Positions 37,904-46,903 of a DNA stretch of 64,000 bases are shown here, one piece after another. Each line of letters starts with the position of its first letter. The first letter of the stretch is position 1. The notes beneath the pieces are model-generated. The model saw nothing but the letters and a program-made list of their open reading frames with translations, was not told where the DNA came from and did no database searches. The position numbers were made by a program, and so were the translations under genes. Origin of the DNA: an uncultured Clostridia bacterium (GTDB lineage Bacteria > Bacillota > Clostridia > TANB77 > CAG-508); NCBI GenBank assembly GCA_944388795.1, contig CALXKD010000003.1, positions 10,090 through 74,089 on the forward strand. The letters run 5' to 3'.

Positions 37904-39022
37904 ATGGAAAAATCAAAAGTATATTTTACAGACTTTAGAGCAAGACCAGGATATAACTTATTACAAAAACTAGAAAAATTAATGAAAAAAGCAGGAATTG
38001 AAAATATTGATTTTCAAAATAAATATGTAGCCATCAAAATTCATTTTGGTGAACCGGGAAACCTAGCATATTTAAGACCTAATTATGCAAAAGTAGTTGC
38101 AGATGCTGTCAAAGAATTAGGAGGAAAACCATTTTTAACAGATTGCAATACCTTATATGTTGGCGGAAGAAAAAATGCTATTGACCATTTAGATGCAGCA
38201 TATGTGAATGGATTTAGTCCATTTTCAACAGGTTGTCATGTGATTATTGCAGATGGACTAAAAGGAACAGATGAGGCATATGTAGACATTAATCAAGAAT
38301 ATGTTAAAACTGCCAAAATCGGAAGAGCCATTATGGATGCAGATATTGTCATATCTCTAAACCATTTCAAAGGACATGAAGGAACAGGATTTGGTGGAGC
38401 TATTAAAAATATTGGAATGGGTTGTGGTTCAAGAGCTGGAAAAATGGAAATGCATAGTAGTGGCAAACCAGAAGTTCTTTTAGAGAAATGTAAAAAATGT
38501 AAACAATGTATTAAAATTTGTGCACATGGCGCTATTTCATATAATGAAGAAGGAAAAGCAGTTATCGACCATAATAAATGTGTTGGATGTGGTAGATGTA
38601 TTGGAATTTGTAATTTTGATGCTATTAAATCACCAAATGACGAAGCAGCGGATATTTTAAATAAAAAGATGGCAGAATATGCATTAGCAGTTGTAAAAGA
38701 TAGACCACAATTTCATATTAGCTTAATTTGTGATGTTTCACCAAATTGTGATTGTCATGCAGAAAATGATGCACCAATTGTTCCAAACATTGGTATGTTA
38801 GCATCATTTGACATGGTTGCATTAGATAAAGCTTGTGCAGATTTAGTGAATAAACAAGAAGTATTTCAAAATAGTGCATTAGGAGAAAATATAAAGAAAA
38901 AAGTGGAAGGACATGACCATTTCCATATCAATCATCCAGATACCAATTGGGAAAGTCAAATTGAACATGGAGAAAAAATTGGATTGGGAAGTTCTGAATA
39001 TGAATTGATTGAAATGAAATAG
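37904..39022 (+). CDS. DUF362 domain protein with a 2x[4Fe-4S] ferredoxin insert
   Basis: Two CxxCxxCxxxC motifs (CKKCKQCIKIC, CVGCGRCIGIC) sit inside a DUF362-like scaffold. SD AGAGGGA. Confidence 0.8.
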   Translation: MEKSKVYFTDFRARPGYNLLQKLEKLMKKAGIENIDFQNKYVAIKIHFGEPGNLAYLRPNYAKVVADAVKELGGKPFLTDCNTLYVGGRKNAIDHLDAAYVNGFSPFSTGCHVIIADGLKGTDEAYVDINQEYVKTAKIGRAIMDADIVISLNHFKGHEGTGFGGAIKNIGMGCGSRAGKMEMHSSGKPEVLLEKCKKCKQCIKICAHGAISYNEEGKAVIDHNKCVGCGRCIGICNFDAIKSPNDEAADILNKKMAEYALAVVKDRPQFHISLICDVSPNCDCHAENDAPIVPNIGMLASFDMVALDKACADLVNKQEVFQNSALGENIKKKVEGHDHFHINHPDTNWESQIEHGEKIGLGSSEYELIEMK

Positions 39023-39137
39023 AAATATAATAAAATTTATAAAAATGGAAATTATATATAGAGAGTTTGTTTCATAATTAATTATATGGATATAAAAAGG
39101 AACAATAAAAAATTTACTTTAAAATTAAAATAAACTG

Positions 39138-39167
39138 TTGACTTTGTGCGTAATAGTATCATATAAT
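39138..39167 (+). promoter_or_regulatory. Candidate sigma-A promoter of the small-peptide mRNA
   Basis: TTGACT (39138-39143), an 18-nt spacer, then TATAAT (39162-39167). Confidence 0.55.
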
Positions 39168-39243
39168 TTTATATGAAGTAAGAGAGTAAACAGGGAATAG
39201 TGGCTATCATCTCTAATTCCAAAAGATGAGGAGGTGATGCTAT

Positions 39244-39357
39244 ATGGTAAATATATTAATTAAATTATTACATATTTTAATTTTTTCTAATATATGTTTT
39301 ATCATAGTAAGTATTGCCTTAATAATAACAATCATATTATTAATGAGCGATAAATAA
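39244..39357 (+). CDS. 37-aa hydrophobic peptide, a candidate type I toxin
   Basis: SD GAGGAGG (39228-39234) lies 9 nt before ATG 39244. It encodes MVNILIKLLHILIFSNICFIIVSIALIITIILLMSDK, with one predicted TM helix and a polar SDK tail. It is below the ORF-track length cutoff. An upstream anti-SD segment (39205-39213) can pair with 39231-39239. Confidence 0.5.
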   Translation: MVNILIKLLHILIFSNICFIIVSIALIITIILLMSDK

Positions 39358-39447
39358 AAAAAGCCACACCCTTGATTTCGCCATCGGGGTGTGGTATTAC
39401 ACTATATAGATGGTAGCCACTATTTTACAGTGGTCTCCTTACTTCTA
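39355..39447 (-). ncRNA. Predicted antisense small RNA of about 90 nt, a candidate antitoxin
   Basis: It is defined by the minus-strand promoter at 39453-39480 and the terminator at 39364-39394 plus its U-tract. Its 3' end overlaps the peptide stop codon and 3' hairpin. I saw no convincing ORF. Confidence 0.45.
39364..39394 (-). terminator. Shared hairpin acting as a strong terminator on the minus strand
   Basis: CCACACCC (39364-39371) pairs with GGGTGTGG (39387-39394). On the minus strand it is followed by C + U7 (plus-strand A-run 39354-39362). On the plus strand only TATTA follows. Confidence 0.7.
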
Positions 39448-39452
39448 TTTAT

Positions 39453-39480
39453 ATTATATCATAAAATGGTATAAAGTAAA
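39453..39480 (-). promoter_or_regulatory. Candidate sigma-A promoter (extended -10) of the antisense RNA
   Basis: Reading the minus strand: TTTACT (39480-39475), a 16-nt spacer, then TGaTATAAT (39461-39453). Confidence 0.5.
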
Positions 39481-39524
39481 TAGAATTTAAAAAAATAATT
39501 GTATAGATAAAATCGGAGGCATTT

Positions 39525-40334
39525 ATGCAAGTAATATCAAGTAAAGATAATGAATTTATCAAACACATTAAAAAACTAAAAGATAAGAAATATAGAGACT
39601 TGAATAATGAATATATCATTGAAGGTATCAAAATTATAGAAGAGGCCATCAATGAAAAAGCAAATATTAAACAAGTCGTTATTTGTGATGATTGTGAAAA
39701 AACATCTAATATTCCAAAAGAGCTTATGTATGAAATTGCCAAACAAGAATGTGTTTATGTTACAAGTAAGTTATTTGAAAGTTTAACAGATGTCACAAAT
39801 CCACAAGGAATATTGGCTATTGTAGAAAAAAATGCAATGAAGTCAGCAGTTGCTGGTAGTGAAGAAATTGATTATAACCAAGACATCATAGTAGCCTTAG
39901 ATGATATTCAAGATCCAGGAAATTTAGGAACGATTTTAAGGACTGTAGATAGTATAGGAATTAATCAAATATTTGTATCAAAAGGAACAGCTGACAGCTA
40001 TAATCCTAAAGTGGTACGTTCAACAATGGGGGCTATATTCCGAGTAAAAATCATAGAATGTGAAGATTTAGAGAAAACACTTAAAGAGATTAAAAAACAC
40101 AAATTTGAAATTGTTGTCACATCATTACAAACGAAAAATAGTATCTATGATATAGATTACAAGAAAAAGGTCATTGTCATTGGAAATGAAGCAAATGGAG
40201 TAGAAGAAAAAATACAAAAACTAGCAGATAAAAAAGTAAAAATCCCAATGCTTGGAAAAACAGAAAGCTTAAATGCTTCAGTTGCAACAGGAATTATATT
40301 ATATGAATATGTAAGACAAAAATTGGAACATTGA
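39525..40334 (+). CDS. TrmH/SpoU-family RNA 2'-O-methyltransferase (RlmB/YsgA-like)
   Basis: N-terminal substrate-binding domain plus SpoU motifs (IQDPGNLGTILRT, VIGNEANGV, SLNASVATGIILYE). Confidence 0.85.
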   Translation: MQVISSKDNEFIKHIKKLKDKKYRDLNNEYIIEGIKIIEEAINEKANIKQVVICDDCEKTSNIPKELMYEIAKQECVYVTSKLFESLTDVTNPQGILAIVEKNAMKSAVAGSEEIDYNQDIIVALDDIQDPGNLGTILRTVDSIGINQIFVSKGTADSYNPKVVRSTMGAIFRVKIIECEDLEKTLKEIKKHKFEIVVTSLQTKNSIYDIDYKKKVIVIGNEANGVEEKIQKLADKKVKIPMLGKTESLNASVATGIILYEYVRQKLEH

Positions 40335-40403
40335 GATATATCGAAATGTTCCAATAGTTTACTAGGGATAGAATAAATGAAAGAGTAAAAAGGAGAAATG
40401 AAA

Positions 40404-40901
40404 ATGAAATTACATGTTGTATTAGTGGAACCAGAAATACCTCAAAATACAGGAAATATCGCAAGAACTTGCGCAGCAATTGGTGCTAAATTGCATTTGG
40501 TACATCCTTTGGGATTTAGCATTTCAGAAAAAGCAGTCAAAAGAGCAGGATTGGATTATTGGGACAAGTTAGATATAGAAGAACATATATCTTTTAAAGA
40601 ATTTTTAAATACATATCAGCCAGAAGAGCATAATATGTTTTTTGTAACAACAAAGGGAAAACATGTGTATTCTGAACCAGATTTTAAAAATATGGAAGAA
40701 ATTTTTGTACTATTTGGAAAAGAAACAAAAGGATTGCCAGAAGATATTTTACAAAAATATATAGATAAAACAATTCGAATTCCTATGAGACCACATTTGA
40801 GGTCATTAAATTTATCTAATTCAGTTGCTATTGTTGTATATGACATTTGTAGGCAAAAACATTTTGAGGGATTAGAAGAAATTAGTAGTTATTTTAATTA
40901 A
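40404..40901 (+). CDS. trmL: tRNA (cytidine/uridine-2'-O-)-methyltransferase TrmL
   Basis: About 165 aa, single-domain SpoU: EPEIPQNTGNIARTC, FGKETKGLP, SLNLSNSVAIVVYD. ATG 40404 is 8 nt after GGAG. Confidence 0.85.
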   Translation: MKLHVVLVEPEIPQNTGNIARTCAAIGAKLHLVHPLGFSISEKAVKRAGLDYWDKLDIEEHISFKEFLNTYQPEEHNMFFVTTKGKHVYSEPDFKNMEEIFVLFGKETKGLPEDILQKYIDKTIRIPMRPHLRSLNLSNSVAIVVYDICRQKHFEGLEEISSYFN

Positions 40902-41031
40902 ATTTCTTTCAAACCGTTAGTGAGAGTATGATATAACTATAAGTTCTTTAATAAAAATCTAAAAAAGGGATTGAAAAATTTTTTAATAAACTATATAATA
41001 ACTAAAACACGTAAGATAAAGGAGAAAACAA

Positions 41032-41829
41032 ATGAATACATTTCGATTTGTGCCAGAAGGTTGGAATGAAGAAATAGAAAATTTGAGTTTACAAAAGATA
41101 CAAGAATATCAACAGGAGAATAAAACAATACAAGGAATTGTGCAAAGCTGTGATGAACAATGTAATTTACATATTCATTTAGGTAATAAAATAGAGGGAA
41201 TTATTCCAAGATGTGAAGTAGAAAATATTGGAGAGGGTGTTCCAGACGAGAGATTATGTACAGGAAAAGTACATAAATATGTACAATTTAAAGTAGAAAA
41301 TATTGAAAATGATAATACAGTGTTATTATCTAGAAAAAGTGTACAACAGGAAGTTTTACAATATATAAAAAATAATATGCAGATTGGTCAGAGTGTGACA
41401 GGAATTGTAAAAAATATTAGACCATATGGAGCTTTTATAGAAATTGGTGGAGGCATTGTTGGACTAGCACATATAGAAGATTTGTCTGTTGCAAGAATAA
41501 AAACACCATATGAAAGGCTAAAAATTGGACAAAAAGTAAATGTTGTGATAAAATCTATAGATAGATATACAGGAAAAGTGAATTTGTCATACAAAGAAAC
41601 ACTAGGAACGTGGGAAGAGAATGCTGAAAAATTTTCTACAGGGATGAAGGTAAAAGGCATTATCAGAGAAACTGAGAAAAATAAGAATGGTATATTTATA
41701 GAACTAACACCGAACTTAGTAGGAATGGCAGAATATACTGAAGGATATGAATATGGACAAAAAGTCAATGTATATATCAAAAAAATAGATAAAGAAAAGA
41801 AAAAAGTCAAATTGTTGATTGAACAATAA
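41032..41829 (+). CDS. S1 RNA-binding domain protein
   Basis: Repeated S1/OB motifs (GQSVTGIVKNIRPYGAFIEIGGGIVGLAHIEDLS, GMKVKGIIRE...GIFIEL). A TTGAAA-17-TATAAT promoter-like sequence lies upstream. Confidence 0.8.
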   Translation: MNTFRFVPEGWNEEIENLSLQKIQEYQQENKTIQGIVQSCDEQCNLHIHLGNKIEGIIPRCEVENIGEGVPDERLCTGKVHKYVQFKVENIENDNTVLLSRKSVQQEVLQYIKNNMQIGQSVTGIVKNIRPYGAFIEIGGGIVGLAHIEDLSVARIKTPYERLKIGQKVNVVIKSIDRYTGKVNLSYKETLGTWEENAEKFSTGMKVKGIIRETEKNKNGIFIELTPNLVGMAEYTEGYEYGQKVNVYIKKIDKEKKKVKLLIEQ

Positions 41830-41886
41830 TGTGGTTTATTATTAAAAAATATAGATAATTCTAAATTTATAAGGGGGAAAACAAAA

Positions 41887-42822
41887 ATGGTAGAAGATAA
41901 TGAAATCAAGGCACAAGTATCTCCATTTGCTATCAGAGAAGGTGAAATTAAAACTTTCGATGGAAAAGATGGGTATGTGTCAATGAATCAAATCGTACAT
42001 AAGATTAATATTGGACATATTAATGAAATCCATTTTGCAATTTTAGACTTAGTAAATGAATTTGAATTTATTACATCAAGACAGTTATATCAAATGTTAG
42101 AAATCAAAGGAATTGATCCTAAGTCACAAGACAAATTAAATAACAAGCTAGATCAACTAGTTAAATCTAAAATTTTAACAAGATATTACTTTACTTCTGA
42201 TGAGGGTAAAGGAATTTATAGAATTTACTGCTTAGAGAAGATGGGAAAATATTTATTAAATTCTAAGGAAATTGATTGTAAATGGCAACCATCTGATAAT
42301 ACAAAACCAGTACCAATGATTAAAAAGAGATTAGCTGGAAATCAAACATTAATTGCTTACTTAAGAAAAGTAAAAGCATTTGATAGTTATATTGTAAAAC
42401 CAGCCATTACTGCAAAAGTATCAGGAAAGCTATTTAAAGCAAGTGGTGGAGCTGTTAAACTTACGAAAAATGGAAAATCAATTCAATTTGTTTTTGAAGT
42501 TATCAGAAGAGAACCTGACTGGGAGAAAAAATTAGTTGAAAGAATGAGATTATATAAAGAATTCTATGAAAACTATGTTCCAGGAGATTCTGGATTTGCA
42601 GCAATGCCACAATTGATATTAATTTGTGAGGATGAAAAACATATGGCAGAATCCTTCAAAGAAATTGTAAAAAATAAATTAGAAATTCCACAAATCAAAT
42701 TATATTTTACAACGGATTTAAGACAAAATAAAGAAACACTAGAGGATACATTAGTAGATTTTAAATTAGTAGATGGAAAATATAAAATGGAAAATGTAGA
42801 ATTAAAATTATTAGGAATGTAA
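41887..42822 (+). CDS. Hypothetical protein, with a possible winged-helix N-terminus and a replication-relaxation-like fold
   Basis: SD AAGGGGGAA. wHTH-like segment FAILDLVNEFEFITSRQLYQML...LVKSKILTRY. The family assignment is only a resemblance. Confidence 0.55.
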   Translation: MVEDNEIKAQVSPFAIREGEIKTFDGKDGYVSMNQIVHKINIGHINEIHFAILDLVNEFEFITSRQLYQMLEIKGIDPKSQDKLNNKLDQLVKSKILTRYYFTSDEGKGIYRIYCLEKMGKYLLNSKEIDCKWQPSDNTKPVPMIKKRLAGNQTLIAYLRKVKAFDSYIVKPAITAKVSGKLFKASGGAVKLTKNGKSIQFVFEVIRREPDWEKKLVERMRLYKEFYENYVPGDSGFAAMPQLILICEDEKHMAESFKEIVKNKLEIPQIKLYFTTDLRQNKETLEDTLVDFKLVDGKYKMENVELKLLGM

Positions 42823-42840
42823 AATTCTATAAAATAGAAA

Positions 42841-42870
42841 AGAAAGAGAATGAAAATTCTCTTTCTTTTT
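42841..42870. terminator. Bidirectional terminator between convergent genes
   Basis: Perfect 10-bp stem AGAAAGAGAA / TTCTCTTTCT with a T-run on the plus side and a T-rich minus side. Confidence 0.65.
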
Positions 42871-43603
42871 AACTTATACCTAAGATTGCTTTTGCACGTT
42901 TTACATCATCACTAGTGGCATCTTTAATATTGTCTAAATCATATTTTAAACCTAGTTTTGTCCATTTATATTTACCAATACTGTGATATGGCAAAATTTC
43001 TACCTTTTCAACTGTATTCAGAGTAGAAATAAAGTCTTTTAGTTTTCGTAAATCTTTTTCATCATCTGTATACCCAGGTACTAACACTTGTCTAATCCAA
43101 ATAGGGATATTATTTTCACTTAAATATTTAGCAAATGCTAATTCTAGTTTATTATCAAATCCAACTAAATCTTTGCATTTTTCACTATCAATGTGTTTAA
43201 TATCTAGTAGAACTAAATCTGTTAGGGTTAATAAGTGTTTAATATCATCTGTTAAAGCTACCATCCCAGAAGTATCAATACAAGTATGAATTTTTTTCTT
43301 TTTTAATTTTGTAAATAATTCAATTAAAAACTTTACTTGTAATAAAGGTTCTCCACCTGAAACAGTCACACCACCATTTGGAGTGATATAATTTTTATAT
43401 TTTAAAATCATATTATAGATATCATCAACAGATTGATATTTTCCTTCTTTCATATCCCAAGTATCACGATTATGACAATATTTACATTGTAAATGACATC
43501 CTTGAAGAAATAATACAAAACGAATTCCTGGACCATCAACAGCACCAAAGGTTTCGATTGAATGTACTTTTGCATAATATCTTAAATCTTTTTCTTCTTC
43601 CAT
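42869..43603 (-). CDS. pflA: Pyruvate formate-lyase activating enzyme (radical SAM)
   Basis: CHLQCKYCHN (CxxxCxxC) near the N-terminus, GGVTVSGGEPL motif, located downstream of pflB. Confidence 0.9.
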   Translation of the reverse strand: MEEEKDLRYYAKVHSIETFGAVDGPGIRFVLFLQGCHLQCKYCHNRDTWDMKEGKYQSVDDIYNMILKYKNYITPNGGVTVSGGEPLLQVKFLIELFTKLKKKKIHTCIDTSGMVALTDDIKHLLTLTDLVLLDIKHIDSEKCKDLVGFDNKLELAFAKYLSENNIPIWIRQVLVPGYTDDEKDLRKLKDFISTLNTVEKVEILPYHSIGKYKWTKLGLKYDLDNIKDATSDDVKRAKAILGIS

Positions 43604-43643
43604 AAGCTTCCTCTTTCTATTTGTAGTAAATAATTACTTTATA

Positions 43644-43677
43644 AAAGGGATTTTAAGAAAAATCTTGAAATCCCTTT
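43644..43677 (-). terminator. Strong intercistronic hairpin between pflB and pflA (partial terminator or stabiliser candidate)
   Basis: 14-bp stem AAAGGGATTTTAAG / CTTGAAATCCCTTT (one G-U pair) with a 6-nt loop. Only a short T-run follows on the minus strand. Confidence 0.45.
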
Positions 43678-43688
43678 ATATTGTATTA

Positions 43689-45926
43689 CTAAATTCTTTC
43701 ATGAATTGTTCTATTAATAACATCTAATTGTTGTTCTCTTGTTAATTTTGTGAAGTTTACAGCATATCCAGAAACTCTAATGGTTAATTGAGGATAATTT
43801 TCTGGATGTTCCATGGCATCAATTAATAAACTTCTATCAAAAACATTAACATTAATATGATGTCCTGTTTGTTTGAAATATCCATCTAACATATTGACTA
43901 AGTTTGTAATTCTTGTATCTTCATCTTTTCCTAATGTTTTTGGTGTAATTGAGAATGTATATGAAATTCCGTCTTCTGCATAATCAAAAGGTAATTTTGC
44001 AATAGAGTTCATAACAGCTAAAGCTCCATTTACATCTCTTCCATGTAATGGATTTGCACCAGGTCCGAATGGAGCACCCATTCTTCTTCCATCAGGTGTA
44101 TTTCCAGTTGCTTTACCATAAACAACATTTGATGTGATAGTAAGAATAGATAATGTATGTTTAGAATTTCTATAAGTTGGATATCTTCTTAATTTATTCA
44201 TAAATGTTTTTACAATATCAACAGCAATACTATCTACTCTTTCATCATCATTACCAAATTTAGGAAAATCTCCTTCTATTTCATAATCAGTAGCTAGTCC
44301 AGTTTCATCTCTGATAACTTTTACTTTTGCATATTTAATTGCAGAAAGTGAATCGGCAACAACAGATAAACCAGCAATACCACAAGCCATTGTTCTGATA
44401 ATATCTTTATCATGAAGCGCCATTTCAATTGCTTCATAACAATATTTGTCATGCATATAGTGGATAGCGTTTAGTGCTTTAATATAAATTTTAGCTACAT
44501 AATCCATCATTTGATTGAATTTCTCCATAACCTCATCATAATCTAAATATTCAGAAGTAATTGGAGCAAATTTTGGAGTAATTTGTTTTCCAGACATTTC
44601 ATCTCTACCACCATTGATAGCATATAGTAAAGTTTTTGCTAAGTTTGCTCTTGCACCAAAGAATTGCATTTGTTTACCAATTTTCATTGGAGAAACACAA
44701 CAAGCAATTCCATAGTCATCTCCTAATGTAATTCTCATTAAATCATCACTTTCATATTGAATAGAAGATGTTTTGATAGATAAATCTGTTGTATATCTTT
44801 TAAATCCATCTGGTAAATTTACAGACCATAAAACAGTTAAGTTTGGTTCTGGAGCTGGTCCTAAGTTTTCTAGTGTATGAAGAATTCTAAAAGAGTTCTT
44901 TGTAACTAAAGTTCTTCCATCAATTCCCATACCACCAATACTTTCTGTTACCCATACTGGGTCACCACTGAATAATTCGTTGTATTCAGGTGTTCTCAAG
45001 AAACGAACTAATCTTAATTTCATAACAAAATGATCCATAATTTCTTGAACTTCTTCTTCAGTGATTGTTCCATTTTCTAAATCTCTTTCAAAATAGATAT
45101 CTAGGAAAGTAGAAGTTCTACCAAGACTCATTGCAGCACCATCTTGAGATTTTACAGCACCTAAATATCCAAAGTATAACCATTGGACAGCTTCCTTACT
45201 GTTGCTTGCAGGTCTAGAAATATCAAAACCATATTTTGAAGCCATTGCTTTTAAATCATTTAAAGATTTGATTTGCTCACTGATTTCTTCTCTTTCACGA
45301 ATGACATCTTCAGTCATACAGTCATCATCTAATATTACTAAATCTTTTTTCTTTTCTTCAATTAATACATCAACACCATAAAGGGCAACTCTTCTGTAAT
45401 CACCAATAATTCTTCCTCTACCATATCCATCTGGTAATCCAGTAAGTAAGTGAGCACTTCTAGCAGCTCTGATGTCTGGAGTATATACACTAAATACACC
45501 ATCATTATGTGTTTTTCTGTAATTGTGGAAAATTTCTTCCACTTCATCATCTACTTTTCTATCATAAGCCGCACAAGCTTTTTCAACGATACGAATTCCT
45601 CCATAAGGCATAATAGCTCTTTTTAGTGGAGCATCTGTTTGAAGTCCTACGATTTCTTCTAAGTCCTTATCAATATATCCAGCTTCATGACTATTGACAC
45701 TTGAAATAGTTTTCGTGTCTATATCTAGTACACCGCCTTTAGAAGCTTTTTCTTTTTTGTAAAGTTCTAGTACTTCGTCCCACAATTTTGTTGTTTTTTC
45801 TGTAGGTCCAGCCAAAAATGTTGCATCTCCTTCATAAGGTGTATAGTTTCTTTGAATGAAATCTCTTACATTAATTTCACTTTGCCAATCACCTTTTTCA
45901 AATCCATCCCATTGTTCAAATTTCAT
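43689..45926 (-). CDS. pflB: Formate C-acetyltransferase (pyruvate formate-lyase)
   Basis: Glycyl-radical motif RVSGYAV near the C-terminus, active-site CC in IACCVSPM, 745 aa. SD AAGGAGGG. Confidence 0.95.
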   Translation of the reverse strand: MKFEQWDGFEKGDWQSEINVRDFIQRNYTPYEGDATFLAGPTEKTTKLWDEVLELYKKEKASKGGVLDIDTKTISSVNSHEAGYIDKDLEEIVGLQTDAPLKRAIMPYGGIRIVEKACAAYDRKVDDEVEEIFHNYRKTHNDGVFSVYTPDIRAARSAHLLTGLPDGYGRGRIIGDYRRVALYGVDVLIEEKKKDLVILDDDCMTEDVIREREEISEQIKSLNDLKAMASKYGFDISRPASNSKEAVQWLYFGYLGAVKSQDGAAMSLGRTSTFLDIYFERDLENGTITEEEVQEIMDHFVMKLRLVRFLRTPEYNELFSGDPVWVTESIGGMGIDGRTLVTKNSFRILHTLENLGPAPEPNLTVLWSVNLPDGFKRYTTDLSIKTSSIQYESDDLMRITLGDDYGIACCVSPMKIGKQMQFFGARANLAKTLLYAINGGRDEMSGKQITPKFAPITSEYLDYDEVMEKFNQMMDYVAKIYIKALNAIHYMHDKYCYEAIEMALHDKDIIRTMACGIAGLSVVADSLSAIKYAKVKVIRDETGLATDYEIEGDFPKFGNDDERVDSIAVDIVKTFMNKLRRYPTYRNSKHTLSILTITSNVVYGKATGNTPDGRRMGAPFGPGANPLHGRDVNGALAVMNSIAKLPFDYAEDGISYTFSITPKTLGKDEDTRITNLVNMLDGYFKQTGHHINVNVFDRSLLIDAMEHPENYPQLTIRVSGYAVNFTKLTREQQLDVINRTIHERI

Positions 45927-46242
45927 AATTTTAAAAACCCTCCTTAATTAAGAAATAAAATTAAATACAATTAATAATGATGATAAAGATAATTTATTTA
46001 ATTTTTTTCTTTTTTCATTATTATTATCATTTTGACCACATAATATAATACCATATTCATAAAATATAATCAATCAAAAACGACAATAAAATTCTTGAAA
46101 TTACAAAATTATCTTTTGTTTTTTAATAGAGCAATTTATCTATAGTATTAATTGCAAAATAATCATATTCATAAAAATAGAAAAAAGCTGTTGTAAATGC
46201 AACAAAAAACCAATATTTTTAAATATTGGTTTTCATACAAAT

Positions 46243-46569
46243 TTATTCAGCTTCTGCAATGATTTTTGCAATTTTATAAATTAATCTTTGCTTATGTGCT
46301 GGGCAACTTTTTAATAAGTCAGAAAATTCTTTAGATAGATAATTTTCTGAATCACTAGAAGTACCACTTAAAATATAGCCTTCTGAAACATCTAATAAAT
46401 TGCAAATTTGTGTTAATCTTTTTAAATTGATATGAGAATTACCTCTTTCAACTCTACTTAAAAAAGCAACAGAAACATCTATTTTTTCAGACAATTCTTC
46501 TTGTGTATAGTTTTTTGCAAGCCTGGCTTGTTTAATTCTTTGCCCAATAATTGTATAATCTAATGCCAT
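46243..46569 (-). CDS. XRE-family helix-turn-helix transcriptional regulator
   Basis: N-terminal HTH (IGQRIKQARLAKNYTQEELSEKIDVSVAFLSRVERG). The start MALDY at 46569 follows SD AGGAAGGTGA. Confidence 0.8.
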   Translation of the reverse strand: MALDYTIIGQRIKQARLAKNYTQEELSEKIDVSVAFLSRVERGNSHINLKRLTQICNLLDVSEGYILSGTSSDSENYLSKEFSDLLKSCPAHKQRLIYKIAKIIAEAE

Positions 46570-46903
46570 ATATATCACCTTCCTAATTTTTTATTGCAAA
46601 ACAAATACAAAGTATATGTTTACCATATAGTCTACGAACATACTATATAATAATAAAGTAAAAAAGTCAAGATTTTACAAATAAAAGCTAAGATATGAGA
46701 TAGAAAATTAGAAATATATGTAAAATTAAGAAAAATTAAGTAAAAAAGAGATTTTAAGAGAAAAAGTGCTAGTGGAAAAGAGAAAATTTTAAAAATTATG
46801 AATAATTTTGTTTTTTTATCCTAAATTATGTATACAAAGTTTGAAAAAAGCCAGAATATATAGTATAATATAGATTAGTCGCGTAAAAAACATAAAAAGG
46901 AGA

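Noticed and set aside
41388-41909. A 173-aa minus-strand ORF overlapping the S1-domain gene. Similar shadows occur at 55908-56216, 58413-58832, 48135-48443 and 48959-49294.
   Set aside because: They are antisense to genes with clear domain signatures. They have no ribosome-binding sites, and their composition is shadow-like.
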